Below are positions 1 through 10,370 of a stretch of 64,000 bases of DNA, one piece after another; the first letter of the stretch is position 1; each line of letters starts with the position of its first letter. A model generated the notes under the pieces. It was not told the origin of the DNA. It did not search any database and saw nothing but the letters and a program-made list of their open reading frames with translations. The translations under genes were made by a program, and so were the position numbers. Location of the stretch: contig CACODT010000004.1 in assembly GCA_902626065.1 (NCBI GenBank), positions 16,720-80,719 of the forward strand, in the 5' to 3' direction. This stretch comes from an uncultured Candidatus Actinomarina sp. (GTDB taxonomy: Bacteria; Actinomycetota; Acidimicrobiia; Actinomarinales; Actinomarinaceae).

Positions 1-73
1 TTTTAGAGACTTCATTCCATACATCTTGTAAAGATGCATTTATTAAGGTTTCTACAGATATTGTTTTACTCAT
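1..73 (-). CDS. 5' fragment of a probable SRPBCC (polyketide cyclase/START-like) family protein, running off the window start
   Basis: My translation from the minus-strand ATG at 73 is MSKTISVETLINASLQDVWNEVSK, which fits the 'I.V...INA..E.VW' N-terminus of SRPBCC proteins. Not in the ORF track. Confidence 0.55.
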   Translation of the reverse strand, partial: MSKTISVETLINASLQDVWNEVSK

Positions 74-109
74 TGTGTGTTTTACAATAATAGTTCCTCA
101 CTAAAATAA

Positions 110-1261
110 TTGAGTATGAAAAATCAAGACTATTTATATTTAGATCATGCAGCATCAACACCGATGCGAAAATCTGCTTTGGATAAATATATAGAAGCGG
201 AAAGTTACGGTTTTGCTAATTCTTCTGGAGGACATAAGCTTTCACGAGATTCAAAAAATTTATTAGAGGATTCCCGTGAAAAAATAAGCGAATTGTTTAA
301 TGCGGCACCAGGTGAAATTGTTTTTACTAGTGGTGGTACTGAAGCAGACAACTGGACTATTAAATCACTATTTGATTCAAAAAGACTGAATGAAAATCTT
401 GTAACTTCAAATATAGAGCATGAGGCTGTACTTGCATCAGCAGATTGGGTCTCATCTAATGGTCATCAAACTAAATTTGCTAAATCCGATAAAAATGGAC
501 TTGTCAATAAAAATGAATTTTTAAAACAAATTGATGAAAATACTAAAGTTGCATCGTTAATGTGGGGAAATAATGAAACAGGAGTAGTCCAACCTGTTAA
601 AGAAGTATCAAAAGAAATAAAATCTATCAATTCATCAACTCTTTTTCATTCAGATGTTGTTCAAGGTATTATTTCAGACAATATAGATTTTCATAACAGT
701 GGTATTGAAAGCGGTGCATTATCTGCTCACAAAATTGGGGGTCCAAAAGGTGTAGGAGCAATGTTTATTAATAGTAAATACAAATTACCGAGCTTTCTAC
801 ATGGAGGTAAACAAGAACTTGAGAGAAGGGCAGGTACTGTAGATGTTCCTGGTATAGCAGCATTTGCAGCTGCGTTAGAAGAACAACAAAGCAAATTTGA
901 TGAAGAAGTTGGATTAATGAAGGATGAAAGATCAATTTTTGAAGAGAAGATTAAAAATTCATTAGATATAAAAATTGTCGGCGAGTCAATGAATAGGCTT
1001 CCACATATAAGCAATATACAATTTAAAGATATAAATTCTGAGGTACTTTTAATTCAATTAGACCTGAATGGACTGGGTGTTTCAAGAGGCTCTGCCTGCG
1101 CTAGTGGTGCCCAAAAACCGTCTCATGTACTGGAAGCAATGAATATAAATCCAAAATTTATAAATAATCACTTAAGGTTTAGCTTTGGCTGGACTACTCA
1201 AATTGGTGATGGAAGTAGAGCAGCAGATATAGTAATTAAAGCGGCAGAGGAAATGATATGA
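110..1261 (+). CDS. iscS: Cysteine desulfurase (IscS/NifS type, PLP-dependent)
   Basis: YLDHAASTP, FTSGGTEADN, SAHKIGGPKG (PLP lysine), GSACASG (catalytic Cys); coupled to mnmA. Confidence 0.9.
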   Translation: MSMKNQDYLYLDHAASTPMRKSALDKYIEAESYGFANSSGGHKLSRDSKNLLEDSREKISELFNAAPGEIVFTSGGTEADNWTIKSLFDSKRLNENLVTSNIEHEAVLASADWVSSNGHQTKFAKSDKNGLVNKNEFLKQIDENTKVASLMWGNNETGVVQPVKEVSKEIKSINSSTLFHSDVVQGIISDNIDFHNSGIESGALSAHKIGGPKGVGAMFINSKYKLPSFLHGGKQELERRAGTVDVPGIAAFAAALEEQQSKFDEEVGLMKDERSIFEEKIKNSLDIKIVGESMNRLPHISNIQFKDINSEVLLIQLDLNGLGVSRGSACASGAQKPSHVLEAMNINPKFINNHLRFSFGWTTQIGDGSRAADIVIKAAEEMI

Positions 1262-2328
1262 GAATTTTAGTTGCAATGAGTGGAGGAGTAGACTCTTCAG
1301 TTGTCGCCGCAATATTAAAAGAAGAGGGTCATGAAGTAATTGGTGTAACTATGAAGTTGTGGGAAGGACCTGATGGAGAGATGCCGGAAACCGGATGCTG
1401 CACAGCTTCAGATAGTGAAGATGCAAGAAAAGTAGCTTCTAAACTTGATATACCCTACTACGTACTTGATTACACGGAGTCCTTTTCAAAAAATGTTGTG
1501 GATAATTTTACCGAAATGTATGCACAAGGTCTCACACCAAATCCATGCGTTGAATGTAATAGATCTGTTAAATTTGATCATTTTATTGAACAAGCAAAAA
1601 AGTTAAATTGTGAAAAAGTTGCGACTGGACACTATGCAAAAATAATTAAAAGAAATAATGAATATGAATTACATAAGGCGGATTATCTTGATAAAGATCA
1701 ATCTTATGTTTTGCATATGTTGAAGTCATCTGATTTAGCACATATATCTTTTCCGCTTGGAGAAATAAGTAAACCTGATGTTAGACAGATTGCTGCAAGA
1801 ATTGGATTAAAAACAGCCTTCAAAAAAGATAGTCAGGATATATGTTTTGTCGGTAAAAAAAATTATCGATCATTTGTAGAAAAAAGGATAGATTTAACAT
1901 CTTCCGGTGAAATTTTTGATATCAATGGAAAGAAGGTAGGTGATCATAACGGGATACATGAATTTACTGTTGGACAGCGTAAAGGCCTACCAGGTGGATA
2001 TGAGACACCAAGATACGTAACAAAGATTGATGTACAAAATAAAAATGTAACAATCGGAGAAAAAAATGATTTATTAGTAAGTTCATTTGTTGTTGAAGAA
2101 TTGTCATGTGTTAACAATCTTGAATACGAAAATCTTACAATTCAAACCAGGTACAACTCTGAAGATCTAGCATGTGATATTAAAAAGTTGTCAGATACAA
2201 AAATTTCAGTGCAGCTTAAAGAGCCAGCATTTGGGGTTGCTCCCGGTCAATTTGGTGTTATTTACAAGGGTACAAAAGTTGTGTGCGGCGGAAGAATAAG
2301 TTCCAAAGTTTTGGAGAATGTTGGATGA
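1258..2328 (+). CDS. mnmA: tRNA 2-thiouridine(34) synthase MnmA
   Basis: AMSGGVDSSV, TPNPCVECN, ATGHYA, KDQSYVL, DSQDICF, APGQ. Confidence 0.96.
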   Translation: MRILVAMSGGVDSSVVAAILKEEGHEVIGVTMKLWEGPDGEMPETGCCTASDSEDARKVASKLDIPYYVLDYTESFSKNVVDNFTEMYAQGLTPNPCVECNRSVKFDHFIEQAKKLNCEKVATGHYAKIIKRNNEYELHKADYLDKDQSYVLHMLKSSDLAHISFPLGEISKPDVRQIAARIGLKTAFKKDSQDICFVGKKNYRSFVEKRIDLTSSGEIFDINGKKVGDHNGIHEFTVGQRKGLPGGYETPRYVTKIDVQNKNVTIGEKNDLLVSSFVVEELSCVNNLEYENLTIQTRYNSEDLACDIKKLSDTKISVQLKEPAFGVAPGQFGVIYKGTKVVCGGRISSKVLENVG

Positions 2329-4415
2329 ATAAAAAAGATGTTCGGGAAATAATCGACAAGCTAACAAACGCTGAACATGCTTACTACGTACTTAACGATC
2401 CAATCATGTCTGATGGAGAATATGATAAGTTATTAAATTCTTTGAAAATTATTGAAAGGGAAAATCCTGAATTATTAATGAATGATTCACCTACTCAAAG
2501 AGTTACAGAAACCCCAAGTGATGCATTTGAACCAGTCGAACACCAAAAAAGGATGTACAGCTTAGATAATATAGAAAACAGTGAAGACCTTAAGAAATGG
2601 TTTGAAAGGTTAGAAAAAATTACTGAAAATTCTATATTTCCAGTTACCGTTGAGCCAAAAATTGATGGGTTGGCAATTTCACTTATTTATGAAGATAGCC
2701 TTTTAAAGAGAGGGTTAACAAGAGGAGATGGACTAATTGGTGAGGATGTAACCCATAATGTAAAAACAATTAGGAATATACCCCTTCGTTTGAAAAAAGA
2801 AATCAAAGGCACAGTTGAGGTCAGAGGTGAAGTTTATATGCCAGTAAAAAGTTTTGAGAATTTAAATGCTCAACGTAACAAAGACTCGCAAGAAATTGAA
2901 TTATTGAAACTTAAAGATAAAGACAAATTAACTGATAACGAAAAAAAATCCCTCTCTAGGATCAGAAAAGAGGGGACTAATATATTTATTAATTCAAGAA
3001 ATGCTGCTGCTGGATCACTCAGACAAAAGGATGCTTCAATTACATCAAATAGAGATCTTAGACTTCTTGCATATCAACTCATAATTTATGATCAAACAAA
3101 CAAAAATAATTTTCATTCCAAAAATAATAAATTGATGAAGGAGCTAGGTTTTGAGACAAATCAAGTTGATATTTCAAGCAGTCAAAAAGAAATTGAAAGA
3201 AGTATTGAATCAATTAAAGATTCAAGATCAAAGTACTCATACCAAATTGATGGAGCAGTTCTTAAAGTTGACTCTTTAGAGGCTCAAGATGAGCTAGGAT
3301 ATACTTCAAAATCACCAAGATGGGCTGTAGCTTTCAAGTTTCCATCAGAGGAACAAACAACAATACTCAAAGATATAAAATTACAAACAGGAAGAACTGG
3401 GGCAATTACGCCCGTAGCAGTACTTAAACCTATAGATGTTGGAGGTGCGAAAGTGTCTTTTGCAACACTTCATAATCCTGATGAAATAAAAAGAAAAGAT
3501 TTAAGAATCAATGACTACGTTATTGTTCGTCGTGCAGGTGATGTGATTCCGGAAGTTGTCTCTTCTCTTAAAGAGAGAAGAGATGGTAGTCAAAAAATAT
3601 GGGAGCTCCCCAAGAAATGTCCTTGTGGAGAATATTCTATAGAGTTAATTGATGAAGAAAAAGTACCTAGATGTGAAGGTGGTCAATCATGTAATCTAGC
3701 AAAGAAAGAGGCTATTATCTTTTTCGGATCTAAATCAGGACTAGAGATTGATGGTCTTGGTAGAGAGACAGTAGAGGTTTTAATGGAAAAAAAACTAATT
3801 CATAATGTCGATGATATATACCGTCTCAATTATGAGGATTTAATTGATTTACCCTCATGGGAAGAAAAAAAAACAAACAATTTGTTAAATGCAATCAAAT
3901 CATCAACAAAGGCTTCCCCTGAAAAATTATTGACTGCATTAGGTATTAGATTTGTTGGAAAACGTACTTCTCAACTGTTAATACAAAATTTCAATTCAAT
4001 AGATGGCGTTCTAAGTGCAGAAGAATCTGATATTCAAAGTATTCATGGAATTTCTATTAGTGTTTCAAAGTCTTTAGAAGATTGGAAATTAAACAAGGAT
4101 AATATAAATTTACTAAATCAATTGAAAGATTATGGCTTTAAATTTAAAAAAGATGGCAAAACATCTAAAAGTTATCTATCTGGACAAACTTTTGTAATCA
4201 CAGGAACCTTAGATAATTATTCCAGGCAAGATGTTGTAGATATGATAGAGAGTAATGGCGGTAGTGTCACAACTTCTGTTTCAAAAAACACAGATTACTT
4301 AATATATGGAACAAAACCTGGTTCAAAATATGAAAAGGCAGAAACTTTAGAAGTAGTGTTATTAAATGAAACTGAATTTGAAAATTTAATTAATAAGTAT
4401 AAAAAATCCAACTAA
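2325..4415 (+). CDS. ligA: NAD-dependent DNA ligase
   Basis: EPKIDG (adenylated Lys), TRGDG, RGEVYM, RNAAAGSLRQ, GRTG, Zn finger, C-terminal BRCT. Start set at ATG 2325 (ATGA overlap with the mnmA stop) rather than 2283. Confidence 0.96.
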   Translation: MNKKDVREIIDKLTNAEHAYYVLNDPIMSDGEYDKLLNSLKIIERENPELLMNDSPTQRVTETPSDAFEPVEHQKRMYSLDNIENSEDLKKWFERLEKITENSIFPVTVEPKIDGLAISLIYEDSLLKRGLTRGDGLIGEDVTHNVKTIRNIPLRLKKEIKGTVEVRGEVYMPVKSFENLNAQRNKDSQEIELLKLKDKDKLTDNEKKSLSRIRKEGTNIFINSRNAAAGSLRQKDASITSNRDLRLLAYQLIIYDQTNKNNFHSKNNKLMKELGFETNQVDISSSQKEIERSIESIKDSRSKYSYQIDGAVLKVDSLEAQDELGYTSKSPRWAVAFKFPSEEQTTILKDIKLQTGRTGAITPVAVLKPIDVGGAKVSFATLHNPDEIKRKDLRINDYVIVRRAGDVIPEVVSSLKERRDGSQKIWELPKKCPCGEYSIELIDEEKVPRCEGGQSCNLAKKEAIIFFGSKSGLEIDGLGRETVEVLMEKKLIHNVDDIYRLNYEDLIDLPSWEEKKTNNLLNAIKSSTKASPEKLLTALGIRFVGKRTSQLLIQNFNSIDGVLSAEESDIQSIHGISISVSKSLEDWKLNKDNINLLNQLKDYGFKFKKDGKTSKSYLSGQTFVITGTLDNYSRQDVVDMIESNGGSVTTSVSKNTDYLIYGTKPGSKYEKAETLEVVLLNETEFENLINKYKKSN

Positions 4416-4794
4416 ACTCACCAACATCTGGGAGACCAGTTGTCGTAGACCATTGAACAACAACAGTATGCTTACCTGCTGTCCATGATTCAAATGATTT
4501 ATTTGGTCCTGGTTTCCAAGTAGCTAACCCAATAGCATCTTGAAAGAGTATTTCTGAATCTGGAATTATATAATTGTCAACTATTAGGATAATTTCATAT
4601 CCGACTGGAACATCTACAATGATGCTTGATTGTTGAGGAACTTGGTCGTTTGGAAGAGGATAAATATCTTCAATCACGGAAGGTAGCTCAACAACTTCTG
4701 AATTATTTCTAGAAAATGACACTCCCCACCAAATTACGAACATTAATAGCGCAGTTAATAAAAGAATAATAAATCTGTAAGTGTTTTTACTCAT
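4390..4794 (-). CDS. Hypothetical membrane-anchored protein with a beta-rich (Ig-like?) extracytoplasmic domain
   Basis: N-terminal hydrophobic helix, then a beta-strand-like pattern; fills the gap between ligA and dapD. Confidence 0.6.
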   Translation of the reverse strand: MSKNTYRFIILLLTALLMFVIWWGVSFSRNNSEVVELPSVIEDIYPLPNDQVPQQSSIIVDVPVGYEIILIVDNYIIPDSEILFQDAIGLATWKPGPNKSFESWTAGKHTVVVQWSTTTGLPDVGEFSWIFYTY

Positions 4795-4832
4795 ACATTA
4801 AAATACTATCTAATAACTAAAAAGAGACCAAT

Positions 4833-5645
4833 ATGAATATAGAAAAATTAAAAGAAATCATTGAAAATATTGATCCCGAGAACATTTCTGACGATGATAT
4901 TACTTCAATTAGACAGATAATTGAGGCATTAGATCATGGAAAGGTCAGAGTCGCAGAACAAGTCGATGGTGAATGGTTGGTCAATGAGTGGGTTAAGAAA
5001 TCAATATTGTATTACTTCACTATAGAAAATTTAAAAGTTATCTCATCAGGTGATGTTACTTATTTTGATAAATTAGAACCAAAAAAGAACTATGAAGATT
5101 TAAAAATTAGAGTAGTTCCTCCCGGAGTTGTAAGATATGGTGCATTTTGTGAGCCTGGAGTAGTTGTTATGCCTGGTTTTGTAAATATTGGAGCTTATGT
5201 TGGTTCTGGAACAATGGTTGATACTTGGGCAACAGTTGGATCATGTGCTCAAATTGGAAAAAATGTTCATTTATCTGGAGGGGTAGGAATTGGTGGTGTT
5301 TTAGAACCGCCTTCCGCAATGCCAGTAATTGTGGAAGATGGCGCATTCATTGGATCAAGGGCAATAATTGTTGAGGGTGTCAGAATTGGTAAAGGAGCTG
5401 TTATAGGTGCAAACGTTACGATAACTTCCTCCACTCCAGTGATTGATGTTACTGGTGAAAAGCCTATTGAGCACAAAGGAATTGTCCCTGACAATTCTGT
5501 TGTAATTCCTGGGACCAGACCAAAGAAATTTCCAAGTGGTGAATTCGAAGTTCAATGTGCACTAATTATTGGACAGAGAAAAGAATCAACGAACGAGAAA
5601 ACTTCATTAAATGAGGCACTCAGAACATTTGGAGTTGACGTTTGA
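4833..5645 (+). CDS. dapD: Tetrahydrodipicolinate N-succinyltransferase (E. coli-type)
   Basis: VNIGAYV, GTMVDTWATVGSCAQIGKNVHLSGGVGIGGVLEP hexapeptide core. Confidence 0.95.
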   Translation: MNIEKLKEIIENIDPENISDDDITSIRQIIEALDHGKVRVAEQVDGEWLVNEWVKKSILYYFTIENLKVISSGDVTYFDKLEPKKNYEDLKIRVVPPGVVRYGAFCEPGVVVMPGFVNIGAYVGSGTMVDTWATVGSCAQIGKNVHLSGGVGIGGVLEPPSAMPVIVEDGAFIGSRAIIVEGVRIGKGAVIGANVTITSSTPVIDVTGEKPIEHKGIVPDNSVVIPGTRPKKFPSGEFEVQCALIIGQRKESTNEKTSLNEALRTFGVDV

Positions 5646-6682
5646 ACTTAAACGAATTGACCCAAAAATTAATAGATATTGAATCAGTAACTGGTGATGA
5701 ACAGGAATTAATTGATTTTATTGAAAGTTTTCTTCTGGATTCTGGATATAAAGGAAATTTATTTAAAGATGAAGGGGGCTTGATTGTTAATACTCCTGAT
5801 TCAAATCCCAAAATAGCATTAGTTGGACATCTCGATACTGTTCCTATTCATGAAAGCCAAAAAAATTATTCTGATGAAGAAAATATTTATGGTCGAGGAG
5901 CTGTTGATATGAAGGCCGGAGTTGCAGTCATGATTCAAACCATACTTGATGAAAGGGATAATGTAGTTGGTGTTTTTTATACAGGTGAAGAAGGAACACC
6001 AGAACAAAATGGACTTAACAATCTAATGAGTAAATTGAAGGAGGATTTTTCTATTGAATTAGCAATTGTTATGGAGCCAAGTAGTTTAGAGTGTCAACTA
6101 GGTTGTAATGGAACACTTAACGCAACATTAGTCATTCCTGGTGTTTCAAGCCATTCTGCAAGACCTTGGATGGGAGAGAATCCATTTTTTAAACTTAAAG
6201 AATTGAGTGAATTTTTATTAAAGAATGAAATAAAAGATTATGAAATTGATGGGTTAATTTATAAACAGGTAATAACTGTAACAAGAATAAATGGTGGGGT
6301 GGCAAATAATGTAACGCCACCTGACATCACTTTAAATGTTAATTTTAGGTTTGTTCCTTCTTTTTCAGCTGAGGATGCAGAAAAATATATTACTGATGAG
6401 CTACAAAGATTTGGAGATGTTAATGTAGGAGACATATCTGTTGGAGCGTTACCAAATAAAAATTTAGATATAATCACTGACTTTATAAATTCTACAGGTT
6501 TAGAGGTTACGCCAAAACAAGGGTGGACAGATGTGGCAAGATTTACAAATCATGGTATTCCAGCACTAAATTTTGGGCCTGGTGATCCACTACTAGCTCA
6601 TACATCAGATGAATTTGTTATTAAAAATGAAATATTAGAATCTTATGAGATATTAAGTAAGTTTCTTGAGAGTGCTACATGA
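5642..6682 (+). CDS. dapE: Succinyl-diaminopimelate desuccinylase (M20 family)
   Basis: GHLDTV, GRGAVDMKAG, GEEG, AHTSDE; coupled to dapD. Confidence 0.88.
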   Translation: MNLNELTQKLIDIESVTGDEQELIDFIESFLLDSGYKGNLFKDEGGLIVNTPDSNPKIALVGHLDTVPIHESQKNYSDEENIYGRGAVDMKAGVAVMIQTILDERDNVVGVFYTGEEGTPEQNGLNNLMSKLKEDFSIELAIVMEPSSLECQLGCNGTLNATLVIPGVSSHSARPWMGENPFFKLKELSEFLLKNEIKDYEIDGLIYKQVITVTRINGGVANNVTPPDITLNVNFRFVPSFSAEDAEKYITDELQRFGDVNVGDISVGALPNKNLDIITDFINSTGLEVTPKQGWTDVARFTNHGIPALNFGPGDPLLAHTSDEFVIKNEILESYEILSKFLESAT

Positions 6683-6963
6683 GCGAAAATTTTAACATTG
6701 ATGATGTATCAAATCTTGCTTCTATAGAGCTTAGTGAAGATGAAAAAGCCAAACTTCAAAAAGATTTACAAATAATTCTAGAGCATGTTGAAGCTTTGAA
6801 AAATGTTGATATTAAGGATGAAAAAATTGATATTCATCCTTTAAGCAAGGTCCTTGAGCTGAGAAAAGATGAATCAAAAGAATCCTTAAAACACGAGGAT
6901 GCAATGATGAACTCTCCTGAAACGAAGGATGGTCACTTTGTTGTACCTCCATCCATAGAATGA
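6679..6963 (+). CDS. gatC: Asp/Glu-tRNA amidotransferase subunit C
   Basis: LASIELSEDE, LRKD, SPETKDGHFVVP; directly upstream of gatA. Confidence 0.9.
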   Translation: MSENFNIDDVSNLASIELSEDEKAKLQKDLQIILEHVEALKNVDIKDEKIDIHPLSKVLELRKDESKESLKHEDAMMNSPETKDGHFVVPPSIE

Positions 6964-6969
6964 ATAGAT

Positions 6970-8427
6970 ATGACTAAGAAAATCCCTTCAATTTCAAAGA
7001 TCAATGAAATGTTTCAGAATAAAGAAATGAAACCATCTGAGCTATTCGAGCAAGTATATGAAACAGCTTCTTATACCGAATCCGTTCTTCATGCACATCT
7101 AGAACTATTTTATGATGAGGGTCTCAAATTATCCAAAGAGTCTGACAGGCGATATATAAAAAGTGAGAGTTTGGGATTACTTGATGGAATTCCAATTGCA
7201 ATAAAAGATAATATAAATATCTATGGATACAAGACAACATGTTCATCAAAAATGCTTTCAAATTATGTTTCACCATATGACGCAACGGTTATCTCAAGTC
7301 TTAAAAAAGCAGGAATAATTTTTACCGGAAAAACTAATCTTGATGAATTTGCAATGGGTTCCTCAACAGAAAACTCTGCTTATGGTCCTACAAAAAATCC
7401 TTGGAATCCTGACTATGTACCGGGTGGATCATCAGGTGGATCCGCAGCAGTAGTTTCTGCAGGATCGGCTGTAGCATCATTAGGAAGTGATACAGGTGGA
7501 TCAATAAGGCAACCTGCTTCATTTTGTGGTGTGGTTGGTTTTAAGCCAACTTATGGAACAGTCTCAAGATATGGATTGATAGCATTTGCATCCTCTTTAG
7601 ATCAAATTGGTCCAATTACAAATACCGTTGATGACACACGAATTATATTTAATGAAATTCAAGGTTATGACAGTAAGGATGCAACATCAATAACTCCTGA
7701 ATATTTAAAATTAGATAATAAAAAAGTAAAAGTTGGAATTTTAAAGGAATTCATGCAAGAAGGGGTTTCAGAGGAGTCTCAGAATGAAGTAAATAAAGTA
7801 GTAAGCTTACTTCAGGAAAAAGGCCATGAAGTGACTGAAATTTCTTTACCTCTTACTGAAATGGCCTTATCAGTTTATTATCTTATTGCTCCAGCAGAAT
7901 GCTCTGCAAATTTATCAAGATTTGATGGAGTGAGATTTGGTATTAGAGAAGCTGCATCAACAAGTTATGAAATGATGAATAAAACACGTTCAGTAGGATT
8001 TGGTGAAGAAGTTAAAAAAAGAATTTTATTGGGAACCTACGCTTTATCGGCTGGATATTTTGATGAATATTATGGTAGAGCTTTAAAAGTGAGATCAAAA
8101 ATTATTTCAGATTTTAAAGACGCATTCGAAAAAGTTGACTTCATTTTATCACCAACTACGCCAACACCAGCATTTGCCTTTGGTGAAAAAACAAAGAATC
8201 CTCTTGAGATGTATTTGTCTGACTTATGTACAATCCCAGCTAATCTTGCTGGCCTACCAGCGATAAGCATCCCAACCGGGTTATCGAAAAATGCTTTACC
8301 TTTATCAGTACAGATAATGGGTAAGCCATGTTCAGATTATTCTGTAATTGATTTTGCAGAATCTATTGAAGAAATGGTTGAGTTTAATTATTCTGCAAAT
8401 TTGTTAGAGGAAAATAATGAATCTTAA
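6970..8427 (+). CDS. gatA: Asp/Glu-tRNA amidotransferase subunit A
   Basis: IAIKDN, GKTNLDEFAMGSS, PGGSSGGS, GSDTGGSIRQPAS, RILLGTYALSAGY. Confidence 0.96.
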   Translation: MTKKIPSISKINEMFQNKEMKPSELFEQVYETASYTESVLHAHLELFYDEGLKLSKESDRRYIKSESLGLLDGIPIAIKDNINIYGYKTTCSSKMLSNYVSPYDATVISSLKKAGIIFTGKTNLDEFAMGSSTENSAYGPTKNPWNPDYVPGGSSGGSAAVVSAGSAVASLGSDTGGSIRQPASFCGVVGFKPTYGTVSRYGLIAFASSLDQIGPITNTVDDTRIIFNEIQGYDSKDATSITPEYLKLDNKKVKVGILKEFMQEGVSEESQNEVNKVVSLLQEKGHEVTEISLPLTEMALSVYYLIAPAECSANLSRFDGVRFGIREAASTSYEMMNKTRSVGFGEEVKKRILLGTYALSAGYFDEYYGRALKVRSKIISDFKDAFEKVDFILSPTTPTPAFAFGEKTKNPLEMYLSDLCTIPANLAGLPAISIPTGLSKNALPLSVQIMGKPCSDYSVIDFAESIEEMVEFNYSANLLEENNES

Positions 8428-9862
8428 AGCAACCATTGGAATGGAAACTCATGTCGAACTAGATACAGAATCAAAAATGTTCTGCTCATGCGAAGTAATT
8501 GAAAGTGAAGAACCAAATATAAGTGTTTGTCCAACATGCTTAGGGCTTCCTGGTGCTTTACCTGTACCAAATAAAACAGCTATTGAATACATAGTCATGC
8601 TTTCTTTAGGTACAAATTGCAACATTACTAATGAAGGTATGTTTCATAGAAAGAATTATTTTTATCCTGATTTACCTAAAAACTATCAAATTTCTCAATT
8701 TGATTTTCCCGTAGGGATAAATGGATCTCTAGAAATTGTTTTAGATGAGGAACTTCATTCAGTAGAAATTGAGAGAGTACATATGGAAGAAGATACCGGA
8801 AAAAGTGTTCACGAAGGTTCAGGCAGAATTGATTCTGCCATCAGTACCCTTTTAGATTTTAATAGATCGGGTATTCCGCTAGTGGAAGTGGTGACAAAGC
8901 CAGTTATTTCAACTTCAAAAATGGCTGTTGCTTATATTGAAGAATTACGACAACTAGTTATTGAACTTGGAATTTCAAAAGGAAAATTAGAAAAAGGAAA
9001 TTTACGATTTGATGCAAATATATCTGTAGCAGATGAGAATTCAAATGAACTTGGAACAAAGGTAGAAATTAAAAATATGAATTCATTGAAGTCATTAGAA
9101 AAAGCAATCGATTATGAAATCATGAGACAGTCGAAACAAGTTGAAAAAGGTGAATCTGTAATTCAGGAAACTAGGCATTGGGATGAGAATAAACAGGTCA
9201 CTATATCCATGCGAACAAAAGAGGGAAGTGCTGATTACAGGTATTTTTCAGATCCAGATTTACCAAATATGATTATTGATCAGGAATTTATAAAAAATTC
9301 GAAAAAGAAAATACAAAACTTACCTACAGATAAAAGAAAAACTTTAAAAGAATCCGGACTTTCTTTATCAGACTCAAACTATCTAGATAAAGGTGAAAAA
9401 TGGCTATATGATCTTTATTTGTCTACCGTTGAAAATACTAAAGATAGTAAATCGACATTTAATTTCCTTACAGGGGAACTACAGGGCCAAATGAGGAAAG
9501 CAGAAATTGATAAATTACCTGAATGGGTTGATTCAGAAAAACTTGCTAATTTAATAAATCTCTTTGAAACTAATGAGGTTTCTTTTACATCAGCAAAAGA
9601 CATCCTCGCAAAATTACTAGGTGAGGATATTGATCCTAAATCTTATGCATCTGAAAAAAATCTTATACAATCTTCAGATGATGAGGAAATAAGAGCACTT
9701 GTCACTTCTGTTGTTAAAGATAATCAAGATATTGTTGAAAGATTAGAAGACCCCGATGATAAACTTGTTGGTTTTTTAGTAGGTCAAGTAATGAAAAGCT
9801 CTGAGATCAAAGTTAATCCTGGAACTGTAAAAGAAGTTTTACTTAAAGAGTTATTTGGATAA
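8417..9862 (+). CDS. gatB: Asp/Glu-tRNA amidotransferase subunit B
   Basis: IGMETHVEL, RKNYFYPDLPKNYQISQ, HMEEDTGK, DFNRSGIPLVE, EIKNMNS, DYRYF. Confidence 0.96.
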   Translation: MNLKATIGMETHVELDTESKMFCSCEVIESEEPNISVCPTCLGLPGALPVPNKTAIEYIVMLSLGTNCNITNEGMFHRKNYFYPDLPKNYQISQFDFPVGINGSLEIVLDEELHSVEIERVHMEEDTGKSVHEGSGRIDSAISTLLDFNRSGIPLVEVVTKPVISTSKMAVAYIEELRQLVIELGISKGKLEKGNLRFDANISVADENSNELGTKVEIKNMNSLKSLEKAIDYEIMRQSKQVEKGESVIQETRHWDENKQVTISMRTKEGSADYRYFSDPDLPNMIIDQEFIKNSKKKIQNLPTDKRKTLKESGLSLSDSNYLDKGEKWLYDLYLSTVENTKDSKSTFNFLTGELQGQMRKAEIDKLPEWVDSEKLANLINLFETNEVSFTSAKDILAKLLGEDIDPKSYASEKNLIQSSDDEEIRALVTSVVKDNQDIVERLEDPDDKLVGFLVGQVMKSSEIKVNPGTVKEVLLKELFG

Positions 9863-10319
9863 TTTGATCCACAATCATTGCTGATATTAAACCCATAAAC
9901 CCAGCACCAAGATCATCATAGAGCACACCTAATTTTCCTGGAAGCTTTTCTAATTCCCAAACAAAAGAAGGCTGCTTTAAAATATCACTTAATCGAAAAA
10001 CTATAAAACCTGATAATAATGGCAACAACTCAAGCCCAGATCCAATTGTTACAAGACTCATTCCACAAACCTCATCAAGTGTAATCCAGCTCGGGTCTGA
10101 GGATGCTTCATCATCATCGACAGTTATAAAATACAAAAAAATTAAAACGATAAAGAATATAAATAAGTTAAGAGTATTCCAAATCCCAGACCAACTATCT
10201 CCAAGATATAGTCCTAGAGCAAATAAAAAAGAGGCAATAGTACCTCCACCTTTTTTACCTTTAAAAAACGTTTCCCAAAAAAGGCCAACTCCAAATCCTG
10301 AAGCAATAAATCGTTTCAC
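9843..10319 (-). CDS. pgpA: Phosphatidylglycerophosphatase A family protein
   Basis: IASGFGVG, GGGTIAS, DPSWITLDEVCG, FRLSDILK, GVLYDDLGAG. Confidence 0.85.
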   Translation of the reverse strand: MKRFIASGFGVGLFWETFFKGKKGGGTIASFLFALGLYLGDSWSGIWNTLNLFIFFIVLIFLYFITVDDDEASSDPSWITLDEVCGMSLVTIGSGLELLPLLSGFIVFRLSDILKQPSFVWELEKLPGKLGVLYDDLGAGFMGLISAMIVDQIIQITL

Positions 10320-10370
10320 AATTTGAATAATAGTATTCTTCTTGGATAGAGCTTTTAAAAGGTGTAGTAT

